DNA of 64,000 nt from Eledone cirrhosa (Eukaryota): contig OZ024743.1 of the NCBI GenBank assembly GCA_964016885.1, forward strand, positions 241,676,001 to 241,740,000. Direction: 5' to 3'. This document shows positions 26,822 to 41,835 of this stretch, one piece after another. Below the pieces are notes generated by a model. The model was given only the letters and a program-made list of their open reading frames with translations. It had not been told where the DNA came from and made no database searches. The position numbers and the translations under genes are program-made. Position 1 is the first letter of the stretch. Every line of letters starts with the position of its first letter.

Positions 26822-27725
26822 AAATCTCTCACCCAGAGAAATCGGCAGTTCCTATTCTATGTTCAAACAAGATGAAAAAATTAACCAATTTACAGAAAAA
26901 GTTGTGCATGGATACTAGAGACGTAAAACACAGACCATCGAGGGGATAAACCACTCAAAAAGCCTGGCATGGAGTTCCGACAAGTTTATGACATCACACC
27001 TTGAGGGATATCTCTATGCAATACAGGAACACGAACTCCCTACCAAATATCTGATGCACAAAAGAGGAGGGCCATCAACTGACAATAAATGTAGGCTATG
27101 TAAAACAAAGATCGAAGATGTAAGCCACATTGTTGCCAGCTGCGAAAGAATGTCATCTCGCTACTACCTCCCATGAACCACGATGGGATAACTAGAACCA
27201 TCTGGAACGCACTTCGGAAAACAAAATTCAAAACAAACGAGGAAGAATATATTGAGACAGATGGAACTAAGGAATACTGGTGGAACCTGAAAATAAACAC
27301 TGCCACCAAATTAAAGCACAACCGTTGTTTCGGACAACACATTGAAAACGTGTTCTGTTGTGGAGATCAGCTGCCCACTTGTGTAAACGTTGTCAGAAAA
27401 ATACAGGAGAAGGAGGACATCTACGGACCATTGATGAGGAGTTTACAAATCCAGTATCCAAGATACACCTTTAGCTTCATACCCATCATTATTGGAGCTA
27501 CGAGTTATATACCAACCCGCTTGGACCAATGTATAACTGAACTTGAATTTGCGGACAAAGAGCGCAGCTCCCTAATTCATAGTCTACAAATGACTGCGAT
27601 AGCTGGCACCTTTAAAATTTGCAAAACATTCTTGCGTTTGAAGGGATGACAATTTCTTTTCTTTTACAACCTTGCCACCAGGAAGGTGGCCGGTCAAAAA
27701 TATACTCGAAATTAAGAGAAAGAGA
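26822..27725 (+). mobile_element. 5'-truncated R4-like RLE retrotransposon, family 2
   Basis: YAIQEHELPT, CRLCKTKIEDVSHIVASC, PIIIGA. Near-copy of 57106-58028, preceded by (CATA)n. Confidence 0.88.
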
Positions 27726-27871
27726 TAATAACATTTCATTCTTTTCCATTTATCGTTTTCGGTACGCCCGGCCGACTAACTCACTCGATATGCAAATTAG
27801 GCTGCTCAGCCGTTAATATGCATAAGGAAAGTATATACTTTCAAACGTTCAATCATCTGACAGGAAGGTAT

Positions 27872-27914
27872 ACGATGCTGACGATAGCTAATAAGCTTGA
27901 AACTAGTTCATCGT
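27872..27914 (+). ncRNA. Minimal type I hammerhead ribozyme motif
   Basis: acgatg-CTGACGA-t agc taataa gct t-GAAA-ctag-TT-catcgt: 6 bp stem I and a palindromic CTAG loop. Confidence 0.7.
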
Positions 27915-28189
27915 TCCTTTGTCAGTGTTTAACAAAAGGGCGACGATTGTTGCCGAACACTGTACGGCTTCTTTCGGGCTGTTTGTTTACAAACAAACCG
28001 AACATTATAATAAATGTTCGGTAAACCCATACGTACATATATATATATGTGTGTGTATGTATATATATACATACTACTGTACGTCTGTATACATATATGT
28101 ACGTATACATACTTATATTTAAGTATCAGCCGTACGAAGAGTGAGAAATGAAATTTCATTTCATTCTTTTCTCTATCTCTCTATATATA

Positions 28190-28530
28190 TATACAATATA
28201 TTAATAAATGGAAACTATATTTATAAAACCATAATTATTATATTATATATATTTCAAGGGCGACGAAGGTAAATTATGGTGCGCTTTCATCAGATAAAAT
28301 ACAGATTTGTTTTATAAATAAATATATAAGTATTTTATCTGATGAAAGCGCACCATAATTTACCTTCGTCGCTCTTGAAATATATATAACAAAATAATTA
28401 TGGGTTTATAAATATAGTATCCATTTATTAATATATTGTATACTTACTCCACTCTACTGTTGAGTGCTTTATATCAGTTATAAAAATGTTTAATCTTGTT
28501 GAATCCCAACAAATTAAATATAACCTCTGC
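28190..28530 (+). mobile_element. Fold-back pLTR-like element with a hammerhead in both arms
   Basis: Arms 28190-28302 and 28330-28442. attttat-CTGATGA..GAAA-tatata-TA at 28332-28395. The extension ends in (TA)n. Confidence 0.78.
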
Positions 28531-29120
28531 ATATATATATATATATATTCTGTGTGTGTCATCAAATGTTGTACACACATAGATATTTTTTCAATTTCCA
28601 ATTGAGTTCTTAGCACGTGGCCTGAATTCCTTTCAGAGTTCATTGTCACGCGCATGTATTGTTTTTTTTTGGCGGTAATTCACTTCCTCATTTTTTGAAT
28701 CAGTTCGAGCACTTCTTTCAGAACTGCTGGACTGGCTACCTGACAGATACCTCAGGCACAGAAAGTGATTATCGCTAAATGCTGATGTTGGTTAGATTAT
28801 CAATATTAGTATTATTGGGGCACCCACTGATGAATTATAGGAGCACACTTGAATATATATCTATTGATGGTATACAAGCTCCTACTTAAATTGGTATAAT
28901 TTCACCCAAATTGTAGGAGTCCTATAATGAAACGAGACGTCCGTCTGGGAAGAGCTATATTAGATATGTCTCATTTGAAATAATACAGCCAATTTTCCAC
29001 GCAATACTTTTAGTTAGCACCCCGAACACATAATTGGGAATATAATCACTTATTTCCTAATGTTTGTTGAGTGAGTTGGAATTTGGCCGGAGTATCGCTA
29101 AAAAGCTTTCTCCTATATTG

Positions 29121-29232
<112 letters not shown>

Positions 29233-29579
29233 CGTATATCAGTTACTGGTGTTTTGATAAGGAGACACTACGTATTATAGAATATATCGATAGACTTTTG
29301 GCCAACGTTGTCTGTTTTATATGCATTATGGAGAAAACAAGTGATTTCAGCAGAATTATTTTCAATCTATCTGTTGCTATCTCATCTGCAATACAGTGCT
29401 CTCTTTAAATGTCCAGAGTGTCACTTTATGAAACTACAATTAATATTTACTGTTAGATAAACCAATTTGCATAAATCCATGCGTCTCGGTTGCTTCTTCT
29501 AACAGGTGCGTTAAATCCTACGATGCTACGGCGCACTAAAGAATGAAATAACTCCGTGCACAGTTAAATGAAGCACACA

Positions 29580-29623
29580 GTCACTGATGATATCTCAGTG
29601 AAAGGATTGAAACCGGTCCTGAT
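29580..29623 (+). ncRNA. Minimal hammerhead core with imperfect stem I
   Basis: CTGATGA-t atct cagtgaaa ggat t-GAAA-ccgg-TC with a palindromic tetraloop. Confidence 0.6.
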
Positions 29624-30157
29624 AAAAAAGACAAGATATGTAAATCTATCTATGACCAAAGTAAATAAAATATGTTGCATCACATTTTTATTGATACACA
29701 ACTTCTGCTGTCGAATATTCAGACAGCATTGAATCTAAATTCACTATTGCCAGAATTCTCTCTCTCTCACTTTCTCTCACACACACATACAAACACACAC
29801 ACACTCTCTCTCTTTCTCACTCACCTTTCTCTATCCTCACTGCAATTATTTACTCGTTCTATTATTCATTACTGCTTACCATTCCCCCTCTCTCCCATTC
29901 TCTCAACCAATCTCTCAATATGTCCGTCTCTATATATGTGTTTTTATATTAATATTTTCTGTTTGCCTCTTACTCTCTCTCTCTCTTGTGAAATTGTCTT
30001 CAGTGAGAATGTCAAAGGTTCTACGATCAACTGCAGTCGCCACAATTTGATTGGCACCTCTGCCAATAGTAGAGCTTCGTTGTCTTTATCATTAAATTTC
30101 TTTTTAATGTTCATTAAGGTAGCAAAGTTCCACAAATTTCCTCCTGTCAGTGCTACA

Positions 30158-31354
<1,197 letters not shown>

Positions 31355-31784
31355 AGGATAATAACATTCTGACGTGCATCACCATCACAACCATCGCTAC
31401 TACCAAAATCAATATCAGGATGAACATTATCTCCACTGTCACCATCACCAAAATTAACATCATGATGACCACTGCCAGCAGTGTCAACACCACGATATTA
31501 CAAACAACAAGAGCAACAATATGACAACTATTACAACTCTCGACACCACCAACATCGCCAATACTATGACAACCAACACGAATACCAACATCAAAAACAC
31601 TGCCCCCATCACCAACAGCAAAATGATGAAGTTGACGTTACCTGGCTGAATGTTTCAGGATCACCCTACTGTCTTATAAAATGCAAAGACACAGTGGACA
31701 TTGTAATTCTAATTATACATGAAGACAGGATCGTCAAGTTTGGAATGTCTTTGAACAAAGATCTACTCATTCCTTTGTGAAAGT

Positions 31785-32071
31785 ACGTGGTTTGGGGGTC
31801 AGGGTGTTCGCATCACAATCGTAAGGTCATGGCACATTGTATTCTAGTCATCGAAATATTGGGTCATCAAGTTTAAAATTTGTAGAAATTTGTTTTTCCT
31901 CTAGAAATTTCTACAAATTTCATACTTGACGACCCAATATTTCGCATTGCTGCACTCAACTCAGTTTACAAAAAGCGTGTAATTCAACGGCCCAGCCTTG
32001 TTACACCCTATGCCATGCTGAAAACTGTATTAAAGGTACAGGAGTCTGTAGAATGATTCGTCACTTGCACA

Positions 32072-32077
<6 letters not shown>
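31785..32077 (+). mobile_element. Degenerate SINE family B-type copy containing a 93 bp hairpin insertion
   Basis: Head gtggtt..gggtgttcgcatcacaatcgtaaggtc. Hairpin at 31852-31944. Confidence 0.55.
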
Positions 32078-32120
<43 letters not shown>

Positions 32121-32125
<5 letters not shown>

Positions 32126-32313
32126 GGAACCAGTAAGACCCCGACGGCTGAGCTCAAGCCGTTTCGACGGCTAATTCCAGAATTAGCCGTCGAAACGGCT
32201 TGAGCTCAGCCGTCGGGGTCTTACTGGTTCCTATTACCCACTCTACTACCCCAAGTATTGAGTACTTTGGTGCGTTATGGTCCACCTGGTTCCTTACCAC
32301 ATTTCCTTCGTTA
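32121..32313 (+). mobile_element. Short fold-back pLTR-like element with the 3' half of a hammerhead; direct copy at 35189-35325
   Basis: Arms 32121-32178 and 32180-32236. cGAAA-cggct tgagctc agccg-TC gives a GUC triplet. Confidence 0.75.
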
Positions 32314-32329
32314 TATATATATATATATA

Positions 32330-35165
32330 TACTAAGAATAATGAGTTCTAAACTCGAGCAGTCCTTTACAATGAAATAGCTCAAAGAAAAAAGTATTTCT
32401 GAGCCGTGTAATACAAGTTAATATAAATTAATATATATGATAAAACACAAATACCAACATATAAGTGTTTGTATTGTAAATGACTAAGTTAGCTAGATTG
32501 AAAAATACTAATTATAATAATACAGTTTGCCTGTCTCGATTTAAAATAATAAATCAATAAAAACAAACGATATTGGCAAATGGCCGTGGTACTTGGACAA
32601 ATTTAAATTTCAAAATCAAACCTGTTCCGTAGATAAGTTTACACTTCAAAATCCAAATAAGTTTCGAAATGAAAAAGTGAAAAAATACTCCGTTCAGCTC
32701 TCCTCAGCAAGTACCCTGAACAATTGGTATGTTTCACTTCAAAATATTTAAAAAGACTGCTTAACGCACATGGTTTTCCAGTTTCTAGCTGCCACATACT
32801 CGTTCTGCTAGAAATAACAGCCGTTTATATTGGGCTAAAGTTAGCTCTACATAAGGAGCAGTGATACTAAGAATAATGAGTTCTAAACTCAAGCAGTCCT
32901 TTACAATGAAATAGCTCAAAGAAAGAAGTATTTCTGAGCCATGTAATACAAGTTAATATAAATTAATATATATGATAAAACACAAATACCAACATGGAAG
33001 TGTTTGTATTGTAAATGACTAAGTTAGCTAGATTGAAAAATACTAATTATAATAATACAGTTTGCCTGTCTCGATTTAAAATAATAAATCAATAAAAACA
33101 AACGATATTGGCAAATGGCTGTGGTACTTGGACAAATTTAAATTTCAAAATCAAACCTGTTCCGTAGATAAGTTTACACTCTCAAAATCCAAATAAGTTT
33201 CGAAATGAAAAAGTGAAAAAATACTCCGTTCAGCTCTCCTCAACAAGTACCCTGAACACTTGGTATTTTTCACTTCAAAATGTTATTTCTAGCAGAACGA
33301 GTATGCGGCAGCTAGAAACTGGAAAACCATGTGCATTAAACAGTCTTTTAAAATATTTTGAAGTGAAACATACCAATTGTTCAGGGTACTTGCTGAGGAG
33401 AGCTGAACGGGGTATTTTTTCACTTTTTCATTTCGAAACTTATTTGAATTTTGAAGTTTAAACTTATCTACGGAACAGGTTTGATTTTGAAATTTAAATT
33501 TGTCCAAGTACCACGGCCATTTGCCAATATCGTTTGTTTTTATTGATTTATTATTTTAAATCGAGACAGGCAAACTGTATTATTATAATTATTATTTTTC
33601 AATCTAGCTAACTTAGTCATTTACAACCAGATAGAAAAATGCGTACAGCAAAAAAAAGTAATATTGTTGGGATATAAACCTTTAAAAATACAGGACAAGA
33701 AACTAAAATAAAACTTTAAAAGAATAGGACAAGAAACTAAGATAAAACTTTAAAAGAATAGGACAAGAAACTAAAATAAAACTTTAAAGAATTGGACAAG
33801 AAATAAAAAAATTTACAATAATATTAGTGGCAACATTTTTATTGGTAAAAAATCGAGTTCCACATTCATAGGCTCTGGGTTCTACATTCAGAGGTCGTCG
33901 TCAGACCGGGGGATCATTTGATCCTGGTTTGAACACCAATTGGGCCATAACCATACCCCTATTTCATCATTCGGCGACACGCCTCATGTGTCATGCATAA
34001 TGTGAATGGACGCATGGGCCCATGAGCACAGATCTTGAGCAGCAGCGGACGGTCTTGTCGTCCCGCTCATCCTTGATCTTGACCAACCCGTCCATCTTCT
34101 CCTTGCATCTTGTCCTTGAGTTCAAGTCCGGCAGCCCAGATGAATGCGTGCCACAGCTTTCTGGTACAGGAAGGGGGAGGAGGAGGACTGGAGGGATGAC
34201 GGGACAGAGGGAGGGACGACCGGTGGTTAAGGGAGGTGCCGTGGTCGGTGGTCAGAGTCGACATCTTGTCCCGGTCGTCTTCTCCCTCTTCGTCTGGTGT
34301 TGCGGGACCAGAAGTGCATTCTTGGAGGAGACCTGCAGCTGCATCGGCCAATTCTTCTTGCAATGGTCATTCTGACGGAGCAGAACTGATCAGCCAACCA
34401 ACCCCAACCAGAACCAACCGCTCAGGGGCAACGCACAATGATAGCATGACAATTATTATGCACTAATCAAGAAGATACTGTGGAATAGCACAGGAAACGA
34501 ATAAAAAAATGTTGCCACTAATATTATTGTAAAATTTTGTATTTCTTGTCCAATTCTTTAAAGTTTTATCTTAGTTTCTTGTCCTATTCTTTTAAAGTTT
34601 TATTTTAGTTTCTTGTCCTGTATTTTTAAAGGTTTATATTCCAACAATATTACTTTTTTTTGCTGTACGCATTTTTCTATCTGGTCTACTATTTTTTAAG
34701 GCAATGCAAGCAACAACTATCTAATAATTAAATGATCATAGTGAATTACTGACAAGTGATTGACATTTTAGAGTTCTTTTGAGTATAATTGCAATCTAGT
34801 TGAGGCAACTGGCTTAATGACAAAGCTACGTCATTTCTGGATTACCTCCCCTAGCGTCACGCTTACTACTCACTCACTTGAACACAAGATTTATCAGCAA
34901 ACTTTGATTATAAACTTTTTCCCGCTGGACCAAATTTCTAGATGTTTAAGCCAAAAGATGCGTAATGATCTACTGTTCATGCTCATATAAGTTTTATCTC
35001 AGTTAAATAAAGTAGAGCCGTGCTGTACTGTCGTAAACAGACGATTGCCAACGAAAACACGACCACAACAATATTACTAAACGGACTACCGTCCGTTTAG
35101 GATACAAACACTTATATGTTGGTATTTGTGTTTTATCATATATATTAATTTATATTAACTTGTAT
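32330..35165. repeat. Tandem-plus-inverted ~536 bp unit between (TA)n tracts, interrupted by an insertion
   Basis: Direct units 32330-32865 and 32866-33282. Inverted copy at 33281-33625 continues at 35102-35165. Confidence 0.85.
33626..35101. mobile_element. Unclassified 1.48 kb insertion: inverted repeats with 32 bp subrepeats around a GC-rich core, terminal hairpin
   Basis: IRs 33626-33842 and 34501-34685. Hairpin ctaaacggac-tacc-gtccgtttag at 35077-35100. The empty site can be read from the sister repeat units. Confidence 0.7.
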
Positions 35166-35369
35166 ATATATATATATATATACTTTAGACCAGAAATAGC
35201 CGTCGAAACGGCTTGCGCTCTGCCGTCGGGGTCATACGTTCTCCTATTACCCACTCTACTACCCTAAGTATTGAGCACTCCGGTGTGTTATGGTCCATCT
35301 GGTTCCTTACCACAACTCCTTCGTTATATATATATAAAATTAATGTGCAAGTGACGAATCAATCTACAT

Positions 35370-35434
<65 letters not shown>

Positions 35435-36252
35435 TGAAACAGACGGATCCACCAAAGACATCAAAGGATATACTATTAGCCAATCGAATGCGAGGAACAG
35501 ACTTCTAACCAATCAGAGGCAAGAGAAGCTGGCATTCTAAGAACACTCCCACAGTGGACAAGTATTTTATCTTTATAGACACACCCCTTTCCCTCACATA
35601 TGGTATCAATCACCCATTATCGCCATCGTCACACTCTACTACACTCCTACTATCTTACCCACCCCTCATCTTTATCACCCATCAAACATGGATATCCCTG
35701 CTTTTATCTGTCGATATATTTTTCGGTTTACTTGTCTGTCTTTCGCTATAATGTCTATCATACTATACTATCCACCACCCTATTATTCTTTCATCCTAAC
35801 GTCTGTGTATATATATCTATATGTTGTTTTTTTACTTCTTTATTTCCTTATTGTTTTATTTTCAATTCTTATTTTGTCTTATTTTTATCTTATTGTTTTA
35901 CATCTCACTACTCTTCATCTCACTATTTTCATGTTATTTTTCCATATCATTGTCTTACTATTTCTCATTTCACTATACTTTTCATCCTGTTATTTTTCAT
36001 GTTACTTTCCCTGTCATTCTCTGTACACCTCAGTATAAATGCGTTGTATTACAAGTCCCGAACCAGTATTTTCATAATTGGGCTGGTGATAACAGTACTT
36101 AAAATCGAATGTCAAAGCAGCACACCACAGATAGCGATATTTAGAAACACCGAGCCAATGAAACAGTTGTTAATACCTGCAATAAACCCTATTGTATAGC
36201 TTATCCGTGTCATTCTTCACTCCTTCATTATATATATATATATATATATATA

Positions 36253-36548
36253 TGTCGTTTCTGAATTTGTTTAGCAAGATTCTTTATCTGAAAACGTGTG
36301 TTGAAACCGGTATTGTTATGCTTTGGGAGGGTCATGTTGCCAATAAGAAACACACGCACCAGTTTCTTTCACCGAATGTGTGACGAAAGAACTTTGACAA
36401 TATCTGAACAATCGTCTGGTTGTGGAACCAACCAACCAACCGGAAATTTATAAATTCCTAAATTTATAAATTTAATTTATAATAAATTGAAGTGAAAGCA
36501 ACTGGTGCGTGTGTTTCTTATTGGCAACATGACCCTCCCAAAGCATAG

Positions 36549-36553
<5 letters not shown>
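36253..36553 (-). mobile_element. Fold-back element in (TA)n
   Basis: Arms 36311-36372 and 36492-36553, with a one-sided extension. Confidence 0.7.
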
Positions 36554-36601
<48 letters not shown>

Positions 36602-36602
36602 C

Positions 36603-36736
36603 GTTATACCGGGTTGAATCAGAGGTAACCACAGTAAGTAAGGTACTCAATACATAGCAGAGTATAAAAGTTTTGATATAGATGAGATTCTACAGGACTA
36701 GAACTGTTTCATTCTTTAGAAACCATCAGGAATCTG
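36603..36736 (-). mobile_element. pLTR-like fragment with a hammerhead motif (A9 mutated); same family as 43388-43565
   Basis: Minus strand reads gattc-CTGATGG-tttctaaagaat-GAAA-cag ttctagtc ctg-TA-gaatc. (TA)n flanks. Confidence 0.72.
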
Positions 36737-36738
36737 TA

Positions 36739-36913
<175 letters not shown>

Positions 36914-37956
36914 TGTGTGGTTCCCGTCATGGAGTTCGTGGAAACTTGTGGGTTTGAGAATGTAGAATTGTAGGTCCTTGAAACCTAAGGGACCGGAAAT
37001 GTAGGTGGGACGATTCGTGAATAAAGTTCAATTATGTTGTTCGCATCGTAATATACTTAGGCCATCCAGTATTTATTTTTGTCTCTTTCGATGTTTATTC
37101 TTGTATATTTAATCTCAAATTGTGTGTTTCCAGCTAGTAAATTAGATGCTGGGTTACGTAGGATAATATCAGTTATAAGGAAAATGAGAGAAGAAATAAG
37201 CCGATTGTTACATCAGACAATGGAAACTAAGCTATCGTTTGTCTTCCCATTACTGATATGATCTCCATGCGCAAATCATATCAGTAGTACAACCAGGTTT
37301 TCATCAAAACGTGGCAGGGTTTGACGTCAGAACGCACAAAGCCCTAACAGTTACGGCGAAGTACTTTGTAGAGCACACTAACAATTCTGTCAATTCAACG
37401 ACCAAACAGCCTTCTCTGAATTACAACTTTATTTCGACCAAAAAAGATGAAAAGCAACCATGATGTCGGCAGCATTTGAACTCCGTGCGAAAAGACCTGG
37501 AACAAATAACGAAACATTTAAATTAACGTTCTAACGACTATTCAAATTTGCTGCTTGAACTAAATGGAATGTTTGGTAGTGAAAAGGTTGCAAGCCACTG
37601 TGCTAAATGTACAATGACATCTAACAAGGAAAACAAATTATGAAAGAGAGACACAAGTAAAAGACAGAGATATGCTTGGTTAATCGTAATGTTGTAATTG
37701 TATTACAACAGAAGATATATACATGTCTTGACTTCACAATATTGACAGTTTATCCATATATATATATATTGTGTGCGCGTGTGTGTGCGTGTGCTGTGTG
37801 CTGTGTGTATGTGTGTGTGTGTGTGTGTTTGTGTGTATATAATCTCAATGTTCTGATAGCGAAATAAACAAGTGGAACACATTAATTTTGTTATTTCGTT
37901 ATACGAGGTATTGGTACATACACACATTCACCTACACAAGCACGCAAAGATAGGTA

Positions 37957-38004
<48 letters not shown>

Positions 38005-38008
<4 letters not shown>

Positions 38009-38192
38009 GATCAAGAATCGTATTTTGGCCTATGAAATAACGAAAAACAACCTCCGAGATGTGTGGCAAGTGCTCAATGATTCAGATGAACCAGAGCTAC
38101 AACATACGTTAAAGGCCAAACACACTGAGACGATGGTTAAACAATCATCCGAACAGCCAAACAAACGAGTCAAACAAATAAAAAATATATGT
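38005..38192 (-). repeat. Unclassified (TA)n-flanked ~190 bp repeat; second copy at 41590-41780
   Basis: Shared gaaataacgaaaaacaacctccgagatgtg..ggttaaacaatcat. Contains ttgagcac on the minus strand. Confidence 0.7.
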
Positions 38193-38215
38193 GATATATA
38201 TATATATATATATAT

Positions 38216-38881
38216 TGTCTGCGAATCGGGGACGGGAACACCAGAAATTAGAGTAGTACTCGACACATGATATGATATAGAGTCGGTATATTAGTGAAGC
38301 AGAGGATCAACCGCGAGCACAGTCGGTTTCGGCTAGTTACCTCTTCTAGCCTTCGTCAGGAGAGTGTCTCAAATTTAAGGGAGATAAGAGAAGTGAAGAG
38401 AAGTTGAAAGAAAGAGAGGAAATAGAGGAAGAAAGAAAAGATAATAAACTTAGTGGCGAGAAAGAGGGGAAGAAAGAAGAGAAGAAAAAATAATTAAACA
38501 GAAAACAACGAAACGGCAAAAGGCACTGTCGAGTGGGTGATTGGGTGATTGTGCGCGTGTATGTGAGCGGGTGATACGTGTGTCTATATGCGTAGCCAAC
38601 AAGTATTAGTCGCTCTCTGACAGGTGTGCGGTCGAGCCCATAGCAGTGGAGACTTCTGGTGTTCTTGGATCTAGGGCCACCTCCCTGCTCACCACCATCG
38701 ACACATAGTTGGCTTCGCGTAGGTTTGATCCTCGCGAGCTGGAATGGTTCTTCCAACACGTCTCCCTCACCATACTATGGGGAAACGCCTTAAATTCGAG
38801 ACGCTTTCCTGACGAAGGCTAAAAGGGTTAACTAGCCGAAATCGCCTGAGCTCAGGCGGTTTATCCCCTATTTCACTAATG

Positions 38882-38882
<1 letters not shown>
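38216..38882 (-). mobile_element. Penelope-like 3' fragment with inverted partial pLTR; two hammerheads (38304-38364 minus, 38805-38866 plus)
   Basis: CTGACGA-aggctag..ctagcc-GAAA-ccg..cgg-TT. The plus copy has the palindromic stem III cgcctgagctcaggcg. Stem I is weak. Confidence 0.75.
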
Positions 38883-38938
<56 letters not shown>

Positions 38939-38983
38939 GTGTGTGTGCGTGTGTGCGTGTGTTTATACATATAGATAGATATC

Positions 38984-40815
38984 CTTCTTTATTTGCCACA
39001 AGGGCGTACAAAAATGGGACATTACAAGACATGACGGCGGGGATTTTACATAAAAGTCATATAACTTTAACATTAATAAATAACAATAAACTATATAAAA
39101 TAAAATAACAATTGAAATCCCCAGTAGGGGGGAACATTACTGCAGGGTTGTTTTACACTCCGTGGATAGAACAACCCATAACACCAGGAACACGTTTTGT
39201 AGGTGTTCCTGTCATCCCTCTGTTTATCTTCCTCAACTTACAGGTTTATATACAGAGAAAGCCCATTCACTCGGACCCTTTTCGCCACATTCACCCACCT
39301 TTTAGCGAATTTACTGGGATGTAGCACGTCTCTCTCTACTCTCACCTTCCTTCTGAAGTGATACTTAAAGAAGGGGATAAGTTGTTGTCCGGAGAGAAAG
39401 GTGTTTGCTCACAGTCCTTTTAAGCTCGTCCACCATATTACCTCTTTCGCCATAGCCACCAGACAGAGGAAAACCGCCTCTCCTTCATTCTTAACTGAAG
39501 GCGGCGGAGTGATTCTCACGATGCACTCGGCTGACAACTGGATGCGTCCCACACGTGACAGTAGCTGTTTCACATAATTCCACAGGTCGGTCAGCCTAGG
39601 CACGATGTCCTGCTCGCATCTTGGACAGGTCCTTCTGGCAGGATCTCTGCCAGGGCGTCCGTGCCTGTAGATTTTGTCTCGAACTGGTAGAGCTCCTCGG
39701 TAGCACTGCCAGGACAGAGACCTCTGGAAGTTATCCATAGACCCTGGACGGAAAGTCCTCCCGAAAAGACTGGTCAGTTCTGCCTCCTCGATGCCTAGAG
39801 TTTCCTCGAGAACGTCGTTGTACTTATCCTCCACTAATCCCCTATAGAATGTTGAAGTGGAGTCTCCGCTGATTGCCGTTTCCGCTTGGTAGGGGGCTGT
39901 GTGCGCCTGAAGGCACTCGAGGTGTCAGACACCCATTTTCGATCTTCGCTTGACCCAGGACTGCAGCTCTGTTAGTGAGACGAGTTGTGGAAGCGCTTGT
40001 CTCAAAAACGACAGCCACACCGGTTCACCAGTCAGCAATACCTGGAGATGGCGTAGCCTCAGCGCGTGTTTGCGCAACATCAGCCATGGCATGCCCAGCC
40101 CTCCGTTAGAAGGGTGTTCACAGCAGATGGATCTCCCCACCAATGCAGACTGTTTCATCCAGAGGAACTTGAAGAGTAGGCGTTCCATTTTGGTGAGGTA
40201 TTCGCGGGGACAAGGCATGACTGTCAAGCGGTAGTAGATGACGGACGCTATGTAACTGTTTACCACCTCCGCTTGACCTTTCAAGGAGAGTTTGCACTCA
40301 GCCCACTTCTGGGTAAGTGCAAACACCTTCGCCGTGACCTCGTTCCAGTTCTTGTCCACCTGAAGGTCTGGACCAAACCAGACCCCAAGCAATTTCACCG
40401 ATCCTTCCGTCCAGCGTCCAACGACACTGTCGGAAGGCATGGGTTTGCCTCTCCATGTGCCGAGTTACAAACCGACAGACTTGTTTCGGTTTAGTCTTGC
40501 TCGTGTCAAATTTCGTATTCCTGTAAAAGGTTGCCGATTACCCCGATTTCCGAGGTTTTCGACACAATTACGGTTATGTCGTCGGCATAGGTCCAGGCTG
40601 CTTTCCACAGTCCGGGTTCGATCGTGATACCCTGCAACAGCTCCAACTTTTGCAGTAATAGCTCGAGAGTCAGTACCTACAGAATGGAGCAGAGAGGACA
40701 TCCCTGCCGGATGGAACGCATGATTTTGAATGGCTCCGATAAGCAGCCATTCACCTTGAGTGCAGAGCAGATGCTGGTGTGCATGGTAGCGATCCAGCCT
40801 CTGATGACGGGACTA
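38984..40815 (-). mobile_element. 5'-truncated Tx1-clade LINE, second subfamily
   Basis: LLGVWFGPD, LSLKGQAEVVN, GGLGMP, WQCYRGALPV, CPRC. A YADD codon run lies at 40578-40589 on the minus strand. Confidence 0.9.
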
Positions 40816-41131
40816 GACATATATTTATACATATTTCTTCACAAACCCCACAGCGGTGGAGAAGTGGCAACGTGTGCAGACTTGACCAGTTTGAAGCACC
40901 TAGTCACAAATCTACACGTGGGCGACTGTTAACCTGAACAGCAACATGCTTCGGCGGAGTCTTGAGCATCTGAGCAGTACATTTTGTGGGATGTATTGCT
41001 CAGCCATACTACATAGGAATGGTATCAAAATGGTGGCCTAATCAAAGCCAGCAACCTGCAGTTGGAAGTGGTTCACGATAGCAGGGAATTTGTTGAGAGA
41101 TGGCCGACTTCTGTAAAGAAGTAGCAGTTAT

Positions 41132-41227
<96 letters not shown>

Positions 41228-41774
41228 AATAAATTTCAAGACTAAAATCCAAAGAGGGCTCGATAAGGCTAAATATATATCAAATATATAAGAACCGTAG
41301 AGCAAATATTTATTAAAATAACAGATTAAAGTTTAAGCAAAGAATCGCTGCTTTCACCCTTAACGGGATCTTTTGAAACTAACAAAGTCAATCTGTAAAC
41401 GCAGAAGTGAATATTTCAAAAAACGTTGCAACCGCTCCAAATAATGACGTATTATATTCGTTTTTTCCCGTTCTTTGCCAGGGAACGTTTCCACGAACCA
41501 AAGTATCGTCTTCCTGTCTTCCTCCGGTTGCAATGTTTTTTGGAATATTCACTTCTGCGTTTAATAAATATATATATATACAAACATAAATTATCGAGAT
41601 TCGCATTTCGGCCCACGAAATAACGAAAAACAACCTCCGAGATGTGCGGCAAGTGCTCAATGATTCAGATGAAACAGAGCTATAACAAACGTTAAAGGCC
41701 AAACACACTGAGACGATGGTTAAACAATCATTCGCATAGCCCCAAAAAACGATCAAGTAATTCGGTAATTGAAA

Positions 41775-41832
<58 letters not shown>

Positions 41833-41835
<3 letters not shown>

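Noticed and set aside
33690-33805. 32 bp repeats as a CRISPR array
   Set aside because: No unique spacers, no cas genes, eukaryotic context.
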